Of a stretch of DNA of 64,000 bases, positions 37,100 to 46,947 are shown piece by piece. The notes under the pieces were generated by a model. It was not told where the DNA came from and did not search any database. It saw nothing but the letters and a program-made list of their open reading frames with translations. Both the position numbers and the translations under genes were made by a program. The DNA lies in the NCBI GenBank assembly GCA_963828195.1, contig CAWHDT010000005.1, positions 352,001 through 416,000 on the forward strand. The letters run 5' to 3'. The DNA is from Candidatus Bathyarchaeota archaeon (GTDB lineage Archaea > Thermoproteota > Bathyarchaeia > Bathyarchaeales > Bathycorpusculaceae). How positions within the stretch are numbered: the first letter of the stretch is position 1; each line of letters starts with the position of its first letter.

Positions 37100-38800
37100 T
37101 TAAGACCCTCCTATGGCTGATGTTGCTTCAGCAATAATTTGAGCATCGCTAAAGTGTCTCATATTAATGGCTTTTTCAGGGCAGCTGGCGGAACATACCC
37201 CACAGCCCTTGCATAGAACATCATTTACTTTCGCCACTCCAGATTCATTCTTTCTTATCGCATTGTAAGGGCAAAGTTTAACGCAGGTGCCGCACCCAGT
37301 GCATTTAGCGTCATTAACACAGGCGGTTATCGCTTCAGCTCTGATTTTTCCTAACGCCATTGGGATTCCTGCTCTTGACGCAGCGGCGTATGCCTGAGTT
37401 ATGCTTTCGGCGACCGTTTTGGGTCCATGTGCGGTTCCACATAAGAAAATGCCATCGGTCGCAAAATCCACAGGTCTTAGTTTAAAGTGTGCTTCCAAAA
37501 AGAAGCCATCTGCTCCTATTGGAACTTTGAGGAGTTTTGAAAGCTCCGTTGCATCCTCCGATTTAACAAGAGGAGTAGATAACACAATAAGATCGGGTTC
37601 AAGTTCAAGCGCGTAGTTACCCAAGATGTCATGCACTTTAACTGAGAGTTTGCCGTTTACGTCTGAAGACACCTGAGGCGGATTGGAATCATCGTATCTT
37701 ATGAACTGCACAAAGTTGTGCCTAGCCTTCTCGTATTGTTCTTCAAAGTCTTTTCCATAGGCCTGCATGTCTCTGTACAGTATTGAAACTTCGGAATCTG
37801 GAAGCATCTCCTTAATTATCATAGCATTCTTAAGCGCCATGGTGCAACATATTCTCGAGCAGTAGTTTCGTCCGCCAACTTTCCCTTCTCTTGCACCAAC
37901 GCATTGAATCATAAGTATGTTCTTTGGATGCCCAAGTTTTCCTTCTCTCATGAGTTTTTCAAGCTCAAGTTGGGTTACCACGTTTTTATTTTCGCCGTAG
38001 CAGTACATTCCGATGGGCTTAAAAACATCGGCTCCTGTAGCAAGCACTATTGTGCCAGCGTTAAGTTTTTCTTCGGTTCCATTATGGTTAAGGGTTACTT
38101 CGAAGTTTCCGATGAAGCCATTGACGTTCGTTACGGTGGAAGACATATAGGTTTTGATGTTTGGGTTTGAACGCACAGAGTGAATATACTCGTCGAGAAT
38201 TTCGGAGCCGGGTTTATTGCTGGGGTACAACGTGTAAAGTTCACATAGTTTCCCACCGAGCTCTTTGTTTTTCTCTACTAAAATCACGTTAAATCCTTGA
38301 TTGGCAAGGCTGAGGGCAGCAGTCATTCCTGAAACTCCACCGCCCATCACTAGTACTGAAGGTTGGATCTCAATTTCTGTTTCCGCTTGAGGCTCAAGCA
38401 GTCCAGCTTTTGCAATAGCCATCTTAACAATCCCTTTGGCTTTCTCGGTGGCTTTTTCGGGTTCTTTAGCGTGTACCCAACTACATTGTTCACGAATGTT
38501 TGCCATATGAAACATATACTTATTCAGGTTCGCTTCTTCACATGCGCCTCTAAAAAGCGGCTCGTGCGTTCTGGGTGTGCATGAAGCCACCACTACGCGG
38601 TCAAGGTCATATTTTCTTATGGCATCCTTAATCTTGTTTAGTCCTTCCGATGAGCAGGTGTAAAGATTGTCCTCTGCATATGCAACATTAGGCAGGGTTC
38701 TTGCGTACTCTACGACTGAGGGCACGTTTACCACACCGCCTATGTTAACACCACATTGGCAGACGAAGACGCCGATTCGCGGTTTATTTTTCTCGCTCAC
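37100..38800 (-). CDS. hdrA: HdrA-family protein, equivalent to the C-terminal half of the 1006-aa HdrA
   Basis: [39 protein letters not shown]-terminal 2x4Fe-4S. Confidence 0.9.
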   Translation of the reverse strand: MSEKNKPRIGVFVCQCGVNIGGVVNVPSVVEYARTLPNVAYAEDNLYTCSSEGLNKIKDAIRKYDLDRVVVASCTPRTHEPLFRGACEEANLNKYMFHMANIREQCSWVHAKEPEKATEKAKGIVKMAIAKAGLLEPQAETEIEIQPSVLVMGGGVSGMTAALSLANQGFNVILVEKNKELGGKLCELYTLYPSNKPGSEILDEYIHSVRSNPNIKTYMSSTVTNVNGFIGNFEVTLNHNGTEEKLNAGTIVLATGADVFKPIGMYCYGENKNVVTQLELEKLMREGKLGHPKNILMIQCVGAREGKVGGRNYCSRICCTMALKNAMIIKEMLPDSEVSILYRDMQAYGKDFEEQYEKARHNFVQFIRYDDSNPPQVSSDVNGKLSVKVHDILGNYALELEPDLIVLSTPLVKSEDATELSKLLKVPIGADGFFLEAHFKLRPVDFATDGIFLCGTAHGPKTVAESITQAYAAASRAGIPMALGKIRAEAITACVNDAKCTGCGTCVKLCPYNAIRKNESGVAKVNDVLCKGCGVCSASCPEKAINMRHFSDAQIIAEATSAIGGS

Positions 38801-40113
38801 TTTTTTTGCTCCTTTGCCGTTAACGCGATTGCTTCTGCAGCTCTGGCAGCTGCTCCACTAGCTTGAGCCACGCTCTCCGGGATGTCTTTGGGACTTTGGC
38901 AATATCCGCAAATGTAAATCCCTTTGGAAGTTGTGTCCATCGGCGCCGTGAGTAAATCCTTTGCTTTGAAGAAATTAGCCTCATCAAGTTCTATACCCAT
39001 TTCTTTAGCAAGCCTCTTGTTTTCCGTCTTCGGAATCAAGGCAGGACATAGCACGACCATGTCAGCCTCAAGCTTTTTCATTTCCCCCGTCTTGATATCT
39101 TCGAAGTGAATCTGCAGATTCTTTGTAGCTTGGTCCTCAGCTATACCGCCTGGATGAGCTTTGATGTATGTTACGCCGTAGTCGTCTCTTGCCCTGTCGA
39201 CAAATTCCTGAAAGCCCTTTCCCACGGCTCTCATGTCAATATACATAATGTAAGTCTGAGTTTGCGGAGAATGTTCTTTGACAAGAATTGACTCTTTAGT
39301 TGCATAAACACAGCATACTGTTGAACAGAACGGAAATCTTCCATGAAGGTTTCTCGAACCCACACATTGAACGAAAACAACGCTTCTGGGCGTTTTCCCA
39401 TCTGAGGGACGAACAAGATGCCCCCCCGTTGGGCCAGATGCACATATTAACCGCTCAAACTCCATGGAGGTAAGAACATTTTGGAATCTGCCATAACCAT
39501 ACTCGCCAATAGCGGAAGGATCAAAAACATCAAAACCCGTGGCTAAGATTATTGAAGCCACATTCAAGTCTATTTCTTCTGGTTTTTGATCGTAGTTGAT
39601 GGCATTAGATGGGCACACTTTCTTGCAAACACCGCAAATCTTTTTAGAAAAGTAAAGACAATTTTCTGCGTCGATTGTGGCGACGAGAGGAACTGCTTGC
39701 TTAAATGGCATGTAAATGGCTTTCCTCTTGCCCAAGCCCATATCGAACTCGTTGGAAACTTTAACCGGGCACTTTTCCATGCAAGTGCCGCATCCTGTGC
39801 ATTTAGAGAAATCTACATAACGGGGCTTTCGAAGGATTTTCACATTAAAATTTCCTTCCTCGCCTTCAACATGCTGAACTTCCGAGTATGTAAGTAGGCT
39901 GATATTTGGATGTCTGAGGCACTCAATCATTTTTGGAGCAAGTATACAAATGGAACAGTCTAAAGTTGGAAAAGTTTTATCAAGCTGAGCCATGCGTCCG
40001 CCTATACTTGGAGTCTTTTCAACAAGATAGACTTTTGTGCCTCGATTAGCCAAGTCTAATGACGCCTGAATACCAGCAATCCCGCCTCCGACTACCAAAA
40101 CTGACTTGGAGAT
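38797..40113 (-). CDS. hdrA: HdrA-family protein, equivalent to the N-terminal half (start ATC 40113 or TTG 40098)
   Basis: [22 protein letters not shown], inserted ferredoxin, [14 protein letters not shown]. Confidence 0.9.
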   Translation of the reverse strand: MSKSVLVVGGGIAGIQASLDLANRGTKVYLVEKTPSIGGRMAQLDKTFPTLDCSICILAPKMIECLRHPNISLLTYSEVQHVEGEEGNFNVKILRKPRYVDFSKCTGCGTCMEKCPVKVSNEFDMGLGKRKAIYMPFKQAVPLVATIDAENCLYFSKKICGVCKKVCPSNAINYDQKPEEIDLNVASIILATGFDVFDPSAIGEYGYGRFQNVLTSMEFERLICASGPTGGHLVRPSDGKTPRSVVFVQCVGSRNLHGRFPFCSTVCCVYATKESILVKEHSPQTQTYIMYIDMRAVGKGFQEFVDRARDDYGVTYIKAHPGGIAEDQATKNLQIHFEDIKTGEMKKLEADMVVLCPALIPKTENKRLAKEMGIELDEANFFKAKDLLTAPMDTTSKGIYICGYCQSPKDIPESVAQASGAAARAAEAIALTAKEQKK

Positions 40114-40452
40114 ATTTTATGCCCCCTACTCCATATTGATTTAAATGAATTAATAATCTAAGGCTAAATATCTTGCGGTTATTCCCATTTTTGGATATTA
40201 GCACATCTTTGACCAATTTCAAAAGCTCTTTTTTGTCAAATGAAAAGGGCTTCTGAAAAATTATAAATCTGGCGGAAAAGAGGGCTCAGGCACAAGCATC
40301 TTCTAGTCACATTCATAACTACTAAATTATTGTTGAAAAAGCCCCAGCCGCATAAAGGAAGAATTGTTTACAAGGAGGAGTTAGGGAACTTTTATCTAAT
40401 AGTCAAATGAAAGGTTTGTAGCTATGCCTTTGAAAAGAGCGAGGAAACAAAA

Positions 40453-41772
40453 ATGGTAGAGGGCAAATACTGGAACGAAAAAATCGAAACCATATCTGCT
40501 GAAGAACTAAAAGCACATCAACTAAAAAAATTAAAAGAACAAGTAAAACGTTGCTACGAAAACAGCGCTTTCTACAAGAAAAAATTTGACCGCGCAGGAT
40601 TAAAGCCTGAAGATATACGCTCACTAGAAGATCTTCAGAAAATTCCTTTCACAGTAAAGAACGACTTACGCGATACATACCCTTTTGGAATGGTTGCAGC
40701 TAAATCTGATGACATAGTGGAGATTCATGCTTCGAGCGGTACAACTGGCAACCCCATAATCGGTGCTTACACAAGCAATGACATGGATGTTTGGCAAGAA
40801 TTAATGGCGAGATCCATCTACACTGCGGGGGGAAGACACAACGATGTTATGCATATCGCTTACGGCTATGGCTTATTCACAGGCGGGTTCGGTTTTCATT
40901 ATGGCGCTCAAAAGGTTGGAGCCAAAATTATTCCCGCAAGCGGAGGAATGACTCAGCGTCAAATAAAATTCATGAAGGATTTGGGAGTCACAATTTTAGC
41001 TTGCACCCCAAGTTTCGCTGTTTACCTTGCAGAAACCATGGCTCATGAAGGTATTGACCCACGAAAAGACCTTAAACTTAAACTAGGCATGTTTGGGGCT
41101 GAACCATGGTCAGATAAGATTAGAGAAAGAATTGAGAGAGACCTTGGAATTGAAGCCTTTGACGTTTACGGGTTAACGGAACTTTGTGGTCCAGGAGTCG
41201 CCGTTGAATGCCCTGAGCATAAAGGGCTGCATATTTGGGAAGACCACTTTATCGTAGAAACAATTAACCCTGACACAGGCGACGTGTTGCCCGCGGGGGA
41301 AGAAGGCGAACTTGTCTTCACAACGCTCACCAAAACAGGCTTGCCTATGCTTAGATACAGGACACGAGACATCTCAAAACTTGTAACAGAAAAATGCGAT
41401 TGCGGACGCACACACACCCGAATGATGCGTGTCCACGGAAGATCAGACGACATGCTAATTATACGCGGTGTCAACGTATTTCCATCGCAAATAGAGTTTG
41501 CGGTAATGTGCTTCTCCGAACTAGCCACGCAATACTTAATAGTTGTTGATAGACCTGGCGCTTTAGACACATTCGTAGTTAAAGTTGAATTGTCAGAAAA
41601 AGCTTCCAGAGATCCGCAGGTCGATAAAAATATGCTTAAAAACGAAATTCAAAAGAGAATTCACATAGTAACAGGGATAACGGCAGACGTCGAAATCGTC
41701 GAGCCAGGCGAACTTCCGAGAACAGAGGGAAAAGCAAAAAGAGTTCTAGACTTACGCACTGGCAAAATGTAA
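40453..41772 (+). CDS. paaK: Phenylacetate-CoA ligase
   Basis: HASSGTTG, YGYGLFTGG, GAEPW, YGLTE, RYRTRD, GRSDDM, GKAKRV. Confidence 0.93.
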   Translation: MVEGKYWNEKIETISAEELKAHQLKKLKEQVKRCYENSAFYKKKFDRAGLKPEDIRSLEDLQKIPFTVKNDLRDTYPFGMVAAKSDDIVEIHASSGTTGNPIIGAYTSNDMDVWQELMARSIYTAGGRHNDVMHIAYGYGLFTGGFGFHYGAQKVGAKIIPASGGMTQRQIKFMKDLGVTILACTPSFAVYLAETMAHEGIDPRKDLKLKLGMFGAEPWSDKIRERIERDLGIEAFDVYGLTELCGPGVAVECPEHKGLHIWEDHFIVETINPDTGDVLPAGEEGELVFTTLTKTGLPMLRYRTRDISKLVTEKCDCGRTHTRMMRVHGRSDDMLIIRGVNVFPSQIEFAVMCFSELATQYLIVVDRPGALDTFVVKVELSEKASRDPQVDKNMLKNEIQKRIHIVTGITADVEIVEPGELPRTEGKAKRVLDLRTGKM

Positions 41773-41784
41773 AGGACTTAACAT

Positions 41785-43977
41785 ATGACTTCCAAAATTG
41801 CAGCAGATAAGCCCAGCACTTTTGCTTTGCTTAACGGCGACGAAGCAGTTGCACGAGGAGCAATCGAAGCCACTGTCAAAGTTGCAACATCTTATCCTGG
41901 GACGCCAGCCACTGAAATTTTGGAGACCCTTGCCGAGGTCTCAAAAGACTTAGGCATTTATGCCGAATGGAGTATAAACGAGATTGTAGCCACTGAAGTC
42001 GCGGCGGGCGCGTCGATGACTGGTGTCAGAGCTATCGTTTCAATGAAGCACGTCGGTTTGAACGTTGCTGCGGATGCAGCCATGACCTTGGCGTACACTG
42101 GAATCGAAGGTGGGCTGGTAATCGCGGTTTGTGATGATCCATCACTGCACAGCAGCCAAAACGAACAAGACACAAGATACTTTGCGGTTCATTCGAAGCT
42201 TCCGTTGCTGGACGCAGGCAATCCGCAGGAAGCTCTGGACATGTGCAGGGAGGCGTTCGAATTAAGTGAAAAACTGCATTTGCCAATCATCTTACGTTTA
42301 ACAACGAGGGTAGCCCATGGAAAAGCCAGAGTGAAACTTGGGCGGCTGCATAATCTAAATCGACGGGCAGATTTTGATAAGCAAGGTTCTAAATGGGTTA
42401 TGGTGCCGTCAAATGCAATTCGGCAACACAGAGTCTTAGAAGTAAAGATGATAGAAGCAAAAATTCTTGCAAATCAGTCAAAATTCAATCAGATTGAGGA
42501 CAACGCCAGTGACATTGGAATTATAGGAAGCGGCGTGGCTTACTATTATGCTCGTTCGGTACTTGACACCAAAAAGTTTTCTTGGCTAAAATTAGGTTTT
42601 GTTTATCCGTTTCCTCAAGAAATCGTTAGACGATTCGCGTTTAAAGTAAAGAAAATCATAGTGATTGAGGAGCTACGACCTTACCTTGAGGAAAATATTC
42701 AGCGGTTAGGTCTACGCGCACTTGGAAAGACTGAGTTAGGCTTGGAAGAAATTGGAGAGTTAACGCCTGACAAGGTACGCCAAGCCTTTGCAAGTCTAAA
42801 TTTAACTAATAAAGCTGAACCACCCGACCTTTTAGATTTGCCGCCTCGACCGCCCGCACTTTGCCCAGGCTGCCCTCATAGAGCATTTTATTACGCGTTA
42901 AACATGGTTAATCAACATCTTGATTGTGATAAAGACAAGTGCGTCGGCTGCGGTATCTGCGAATACGCTTGCTCTTTTGAAAAAGAGAAGGTTTTCAATC
43001 CAATCAAGTCGCGCATTCGTTCGGTTAGAATTAATCAAATACTCAACACTGCAGTAGCCTGCAAGACATGCGTTAATGCGGTTTGCATTGATGCTTGTCC
43101 CGAAAAAGCTCTTATCAGATCAGAGGAAACTGGAGCTGTTCTTGTTGATGAAAACAGATGCAAAGGTTGCCCTTGGTGCATACAAGCCTGCGAGTTTGGA
43201 GCCATAACGATTCATCCGACCACTCATAAAGCCATAATCTGTGACAAATGCAGTGGTGAACCGAAATGCATTCCCCTCTGTCCAGAGAGCGCTTTAAGCT
43301 TATCTGGAAGCTCCACCGACAAAATCGTGACAGGCGATATAGGCTGCTACACTTTGGGTGTCTTGCCCCCTGAAAGTTCCCTTCAAACATGCTTGTGTAT
43401 GGGTGGTGGCATATCTCAGGCTGCAGGCATGTTTCATGCTGGTGTTAAAGACAAAGTGTTCTCAGTTATCGGCGATTCAACGTTTTTCCACGCCGGAATG
43501 CCTGGGCTACTCAATATCGTGTACAATAGAGCTAACGTTTGCGTAATTATCATGGATAACTCTACAGTCGCAATGACTGGGCATCAGCCGACTCCTGGTT
43601 CAGGCAAAACAGCGATGGGTGCTGACACTAAGGTTTTGAGAATCAAGGATGTTGCCAAAGGACTTGGAATAGATAAAGTGGAAGTCATTGACCCATATGA
43701 CATTGAAACGACAACTCAGACCATCAGGAAAATTTTAGATTACAATGGTCCATCCGTAATAATTTCTCAGAGGGCATGTCCGCTTTTGGTTGAAAGAGGC
43801 AAAGCCCCAGAAGTTTTGGAGAAATGTGATGCCTGCGGCGTGTGCGTGAAAGCTTTCGGTTGCCCAGCGATTACCTTGTCAAGCAATCGGGCGGAAATAG
43901 ATGCGACTCTATGCTACGGATGCAACGTCTGCGAAGTTGTCTGTCCCTCGGGCGCCATTAGGAGGAAAGAGAAATGA
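41785..43977 (+). CDS. iorA: Indolepyruvate:ferredoxin oxidoreductase alpha subunit with inserted polyferredoxin
   Basis: YPGTP, MKHVGLN, SQNEQD, LCPGCPH, GDIGCY, GDSTF..MDN, MTGHQP; extra Fe-S domain about 42916-43310. Confidence 0.92.
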   Translation: MTSKIAADKPSTFALLNGDEAVARGAIEATVKVATSYPGTPATEILETLAEVSKDLGIYAEWSINEIVATEVAAGASMTGVRAIVSMKHVGLNVAADAAMTLAYTGIEGGLVIAVCDDPSLHSSQNEQDTRYFAVHSKLPLLDAGNPQEALDMCREAFELSEKLHLPIILRLTTRVAHGKARVKLGRLHNLNRRADFDKQGSKWVMVPSNAIRQHRVLEVKMIEAKILANQSKFNQIEDNASDIGIIGSGVAYYYARSVLDTKKFSWLKLGFVYPFPQEIVRRFAFKVKKIIVIEELRPYLEENIQRLGLRALGKTELGLEEIGELTPDKVRQAFASLNLTNKAEPPDLLDLPPRPPALCPGCPHRAFYYALNMVNQHLDCDKDKCVGCGICEYACSFEKEKVFNPIKSRIRSVRINQILNTAVACKTCVNAVCIDACPEKALIRSEETGAVLVDENRCKGCPWCIQACEFGAITIHPTTHKAIICDKCSGEPKCIPLCPESALSLSGSSTDKIVTGDIGCYTLGVLPPESSLQTCLCMGGGISQAAGMFHAGVKDKVFSVIGDSTFFHAGMPGLLNIVYNRANVCVIIMDNSTVAMTGHQPTPGSGKTAMGADTKVLRIKDVAKGLGIDKVEVIDPYDIETTTQTIRKILDYNGPSVIISQRACPLLVERGKAPEVLEKCDACGVCVKAFGCPAITLSSNRAEIDATLCYGCNVCEVVCPSGAIRRKEK

Positions 43978-44558
43978 AGTTAGACACGGTTTTCAGCGGC
44001 GTTGGGGGACAGGGAATCGTTGTTTTAAGCGACATTTACTGTGAGGCTGCCATGTTAGACGGTTTTGACGTGGCTAAGGCGGAGGTTCATGGAATGGCTC
44101 AGCGAGGAGGCTCGATTGTTGCTTATGCAAGAATCGGCGATAAAGTTGAATCTCCCCTGATTGAAACTGGGAAAGCGGATGTCCTTGTTGGTTTTGAGAT
44201 TCTTGAAACGGCGAGGGCTTTGCCAATGCTGAAGAAGAATGGCGACGTGGTTGTTAACTTGAAATACATTCAGCCAAGCTGCATGGGTTCGGTTAAGCCG
44301 AAAAAAACCGAAGAATTAATTGAATTGTTGAAGACAAAAGGTAAGGTTCATGGAGTTGACGGACCAAAATTGGCGGAAAAACTTGGAAACCCGCTGGTCG
44401 TCAACACTATTCTTCTAGGGGCATTATCTGCTCTTCCAGAAAATCCAGTTAAGAAGGAATCCCTTCAAAACGCCATAGCTGGCAGATTAAAGGAGAAATA
44501 CATTAACGTGAACCTTAAGGCTTTCCAGTTAGGTAGAGAAAGCGTTTTAATGAGTTAA
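43974..44558 (+). CDS. iorB: Indolepyruvate oxidoreductase beta subunit
   Basis: GVGGQG, EVHGMAQRGG, NTILLG, NLKAF. Confidence 0.93.
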   Translation: MKLDTVFSGVGGQGIVVLSDIYCEAAMLDGFDVAKAEVHGMAQRGGSIVAYARIGDKVESPLIETGKADVLVGFEILETARALPMLKKNGDVVVNLKYIQPSCMGSVKPKKTEELIELLKTKGKVHGVDGPKLAEKLGNPLVVNTILLGALSALPENPVKKESLQNAIAGRLKEKYINVNLKAFQLGRESVLMS

Positions 44559-44648
44559 TCGATTTCTTCAGCCAATTCTTCGTGGCCCAAACTTTTTAGC
44601 AACATATTTTTAAAGAAGACCATACAAAGTGTTTCAAGGTGGGTTATT

Positions 44649-44930
44649 TTGGTAAAACCTCAAAAATATTTAGCTATGATTAAGATAAGCCCAAATATGG
44701 CTGCTAAACTGTATGAGCCGTTGATGGAATTTAGCGAAAGCCCAGTCAAGGGAGTAACGCTTGAAGAATCCTTTCAAGTGTTTGGCGAATGGGATTTTGC
44801 TCTGCTTTTTCAGGCAGATACGAACGAGAATGCTTTGCATTTTGTCGGAGACAAGATTCGCCTTGTGGAAGGTGTTGTACAGACTCTCACGATTCCCATG
44901 ACGCCAATTAAGGAATATCGCAAACGCTAA
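44649..44930 (+). CDS. Stand-alone Lrp/AsnC RAM-like domain protein
   Basis: VFGEWDFAL ... IRLVEGVVQTLT. Confidence 0.7.
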   Translation: MVKPQKYLAMIKISPNMAAKLYEPLMEFSESPVKGVTLEESFQVFGEWDFALLFQADTNENALHFVGDKIRLVEGVVQTLTIPMTPIKEYRKR

Positions 44931-45054
44931 AACTGCCATGCAGTCTAATAATATCAATCCTCCAATAAGCTTTCTTACTATATTTGCGATGAGATAATTT
45001 TATTAAGCCTACAAGAGGGAAGTTCACTATCATGAACCAAAGGAGCAAGAATCC

Positions 45055-45417
45055 ATGAAGGGAGTAGACTGTTTCGCAGAAACACTTGGAATAAAAGTTC
45101 TCGAAGCTAAAGATGGCTACGCGAAGGTTTCGATGAAAGTTGAGAAGAACCACACGAACGCATTGGGCTTTACTCATGGAGGCGCAGTCTTTTCGCTGGC
45201 TGATTACGCTTTTGCGCATGCATGCAATTTTGGAGACAACGTCGCCGTCGCAGCTCAAGTAAGCATAAACTTTCTGAAGCCCTCGGTTGAAGGAGACACA
45301 TTGACGGCTGAAGCAACAAGGGTCTCAGACGGCAAAACAATGGGTCTCTACCACGTGACCGTTAAGAAAGAGGATAAGATAGTTGCTTTCTTTTCGGGAT
45401 TAGCAGTCAAAAAATAA
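45055..45417 (+). CDS. paaI: PaaI-family acyl-CoA thioesterase
   Basis: NALGFTHGGAVFSLAD hot-dog motif. Confidence 0.9.
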   Translation: MKGVDCFAETLGIKVLEAKDGYAKVSMKVEKNHTNALGFTHGGAVFSLADYAFAHACNFGDNVAVAAQVSINFLKPSVEGDTLTAEATRVSDGKTMGLYHVTVKKEDKIVAFFSGLAVKK

Positions 45418-45518
45418 CTTTTCCAATCCAATGTTAAAAGCGAGTTAGCGGAAAACGGCAAAAAAAGAAATGTCACCTAACAATATTTTTATGTTGGACT
45501 CAATCCTAGTTTCAAGGC

Positions 45519-45594
45519 GCTGGGGTGGCCGAATGGTTCAGGCGACAGCCTGCAGAGCTGTTATATATGGGTTCAATTCCCATCCCCAGCTCCA
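45519..45594 (+). tRNA. tRNA-Cys(GCA)
   Basis: Acceptor GCTGGGG/CCCCAGC, anticodon arm ACAGC-CTGCAGA-GCTGT, TTCAATT T-loop, U73, encoded CCA. Confidence 0.95.
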
Positions 45595-45697
45595 CGAACC
45601 GATACATAAATTTTCAAGTATGTCGAACATCATAGATTGAAGACCGCTTAATTTTACGATATAAACTTATTATATTGATAAAAGATTGATATTACTT

Positions 45698-46528
45698 ATG
45701 CTATACCCTAACTCATCGGAAAGGGTTAAAAAAATAAATGAAGTTGCCCAATTATTTGAAAGCAAGGGTTATCCAAAAACGGCGAATGGAGTTTTGAGTT
45801 TTGAAAATTTATTACAAGAGCCCACTTTCCCCGCAGATTTGGCACATAGGTTTAATCATCTTCTTGATACCTTTCATAATGAATTTAGTGGAAGCATAAA
45901 AGAAGGGCAAGTTTACCGCGAGCAAGTTTTTATTGAAATCAGAGAAATTATTACTCGCTCAGTAAATAAATTAACATACGTTAATTTCTCTGCTAAATCG
46001 TCTGAGTTAATGCCTATAGTAGTAAGTATTAAGAATGGACGAAACGTAATCGGTGATATAGCTAGCGAATTAGGGACTGTTAGAAAATCTAGTAAAAGAG
46101 CGGCATTTCATCTTTGTTGCTACGCGTATTTAGTTATGGTAGAGGGTGTTTTCGATGATATTGCGCGAGCAATAAATTTTTTTTCAAGAATAAATGAAGA
46201 CAAGGTTACCAACATATCCAGATTGATGAATAAACGAGTTGGCGATATTTTAAATGAATTTAGCACCGTACCAACTTTCCTCAAAGATTGGGAGGAGAAA
46301 AAACATAGGAGAAATGCTATTGCATATGCTACAGCATATTATAACTCAGATAAAGATGAGGTTCAGTTTGTTGATATGCTTTCGCCAAAACCTTATGACA
46401 AAACTATAAGTCTAAATGATTTCTTGTTAACTGAATTAGAATTTGAGGATGTTGTTGACTCTTTTTCGTATATAATGGTCCTGCTCGGGTTGATTGAGCT
46501 TTTTGTAATAAAAAACTTAGTTTTTTAA
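45698..46528 (+). CDS. HEPN-like hypothetical protein
   Basis: AT-rich, helical; YLVMVE upstream helix and RNAIAY at the Rx4H position. Confidence 0.55.
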   Translation: MLYPNSSERVKKINEVAQLFESKGYPKTANGVLSFENLLQEPTFPADLAHRFNHLLDTFHNEFSGSIKEGQVYREQVFIEIREIITRSVNKLTYVNFSAKSSELMPIVVSIKNGRNVIGDIASELGTVRKSSKRAAFHLCCYAYLVMVEGVFDDIARAINFFSRINEDKVTNISRLMNKRVGDILNEFSTVPTFLKDWEEKKHRRNAIAYATAYYNSDKDEVQFVDMLSPKPYDKTISLNDFLLTELEFEDVVDSFSYIMVLLGLIELFVIKNLVF

Positions 46529-46617
46529 GTTTTCTTAAATACAATATTAAGCAGCACTTGAATATGCAACAGTGATGTTACCACTGAGATTATTAATCAA
46601 ACGGGGAAAGTGAGAAA

Positions 46618-46947
46618 ATGAAGAAGGAAGAAATGGTTGCCGCAAGATTACCTGAAACATTAGTATCCGACATCAAGAAAATAGAGGAAGTGGAGCAGAC
46701 AGACCGCTCGACAGTGCTTAGAAAACTTCTTGACAAGGCTGTAAGGGAATGGAAGAAAGAGTACGCAGCGAAACGTTATGCAGAGGGCTCAGTAACCCTG
46801 GAGAGAGCGGCAATGGATGCTGGAGTATCTGTTAGACAAATGATGGATTACTTAAAGAAAAATAAAACTGTCGCTCAATATGACAAAGAAGATTTAGAAG
46901 AAGATATGGCTAACTTTTACAAGAGAACGAGAAAAACAATCGACTAA
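46618..46947 (+). CDS. RHH + UPF0175-family protein (antitoxin-like)
   Basis: AARLPETL..DRSTVLRKLL (RHH); YAEGSVTLERAAMDAGVS. Confidence 0.75.
   Translation: MKKEEMVAARLPETLVSDIKKIEEVEQTDRSTVLRKLLDKAVREWKKEYAAKRYAEGSVTLERAAMDAGVSVRQMMDYLKKNKTVAQYDKEDLEEDMANFYKRTRKTID

Noticed and set aside
17517-40113. Selenocysteine recoding in mvh/hdr/hox genes
   Set aside because: All expected positions are Cys codons; no in-frame TGA and no SECIS-like hairpin seen.
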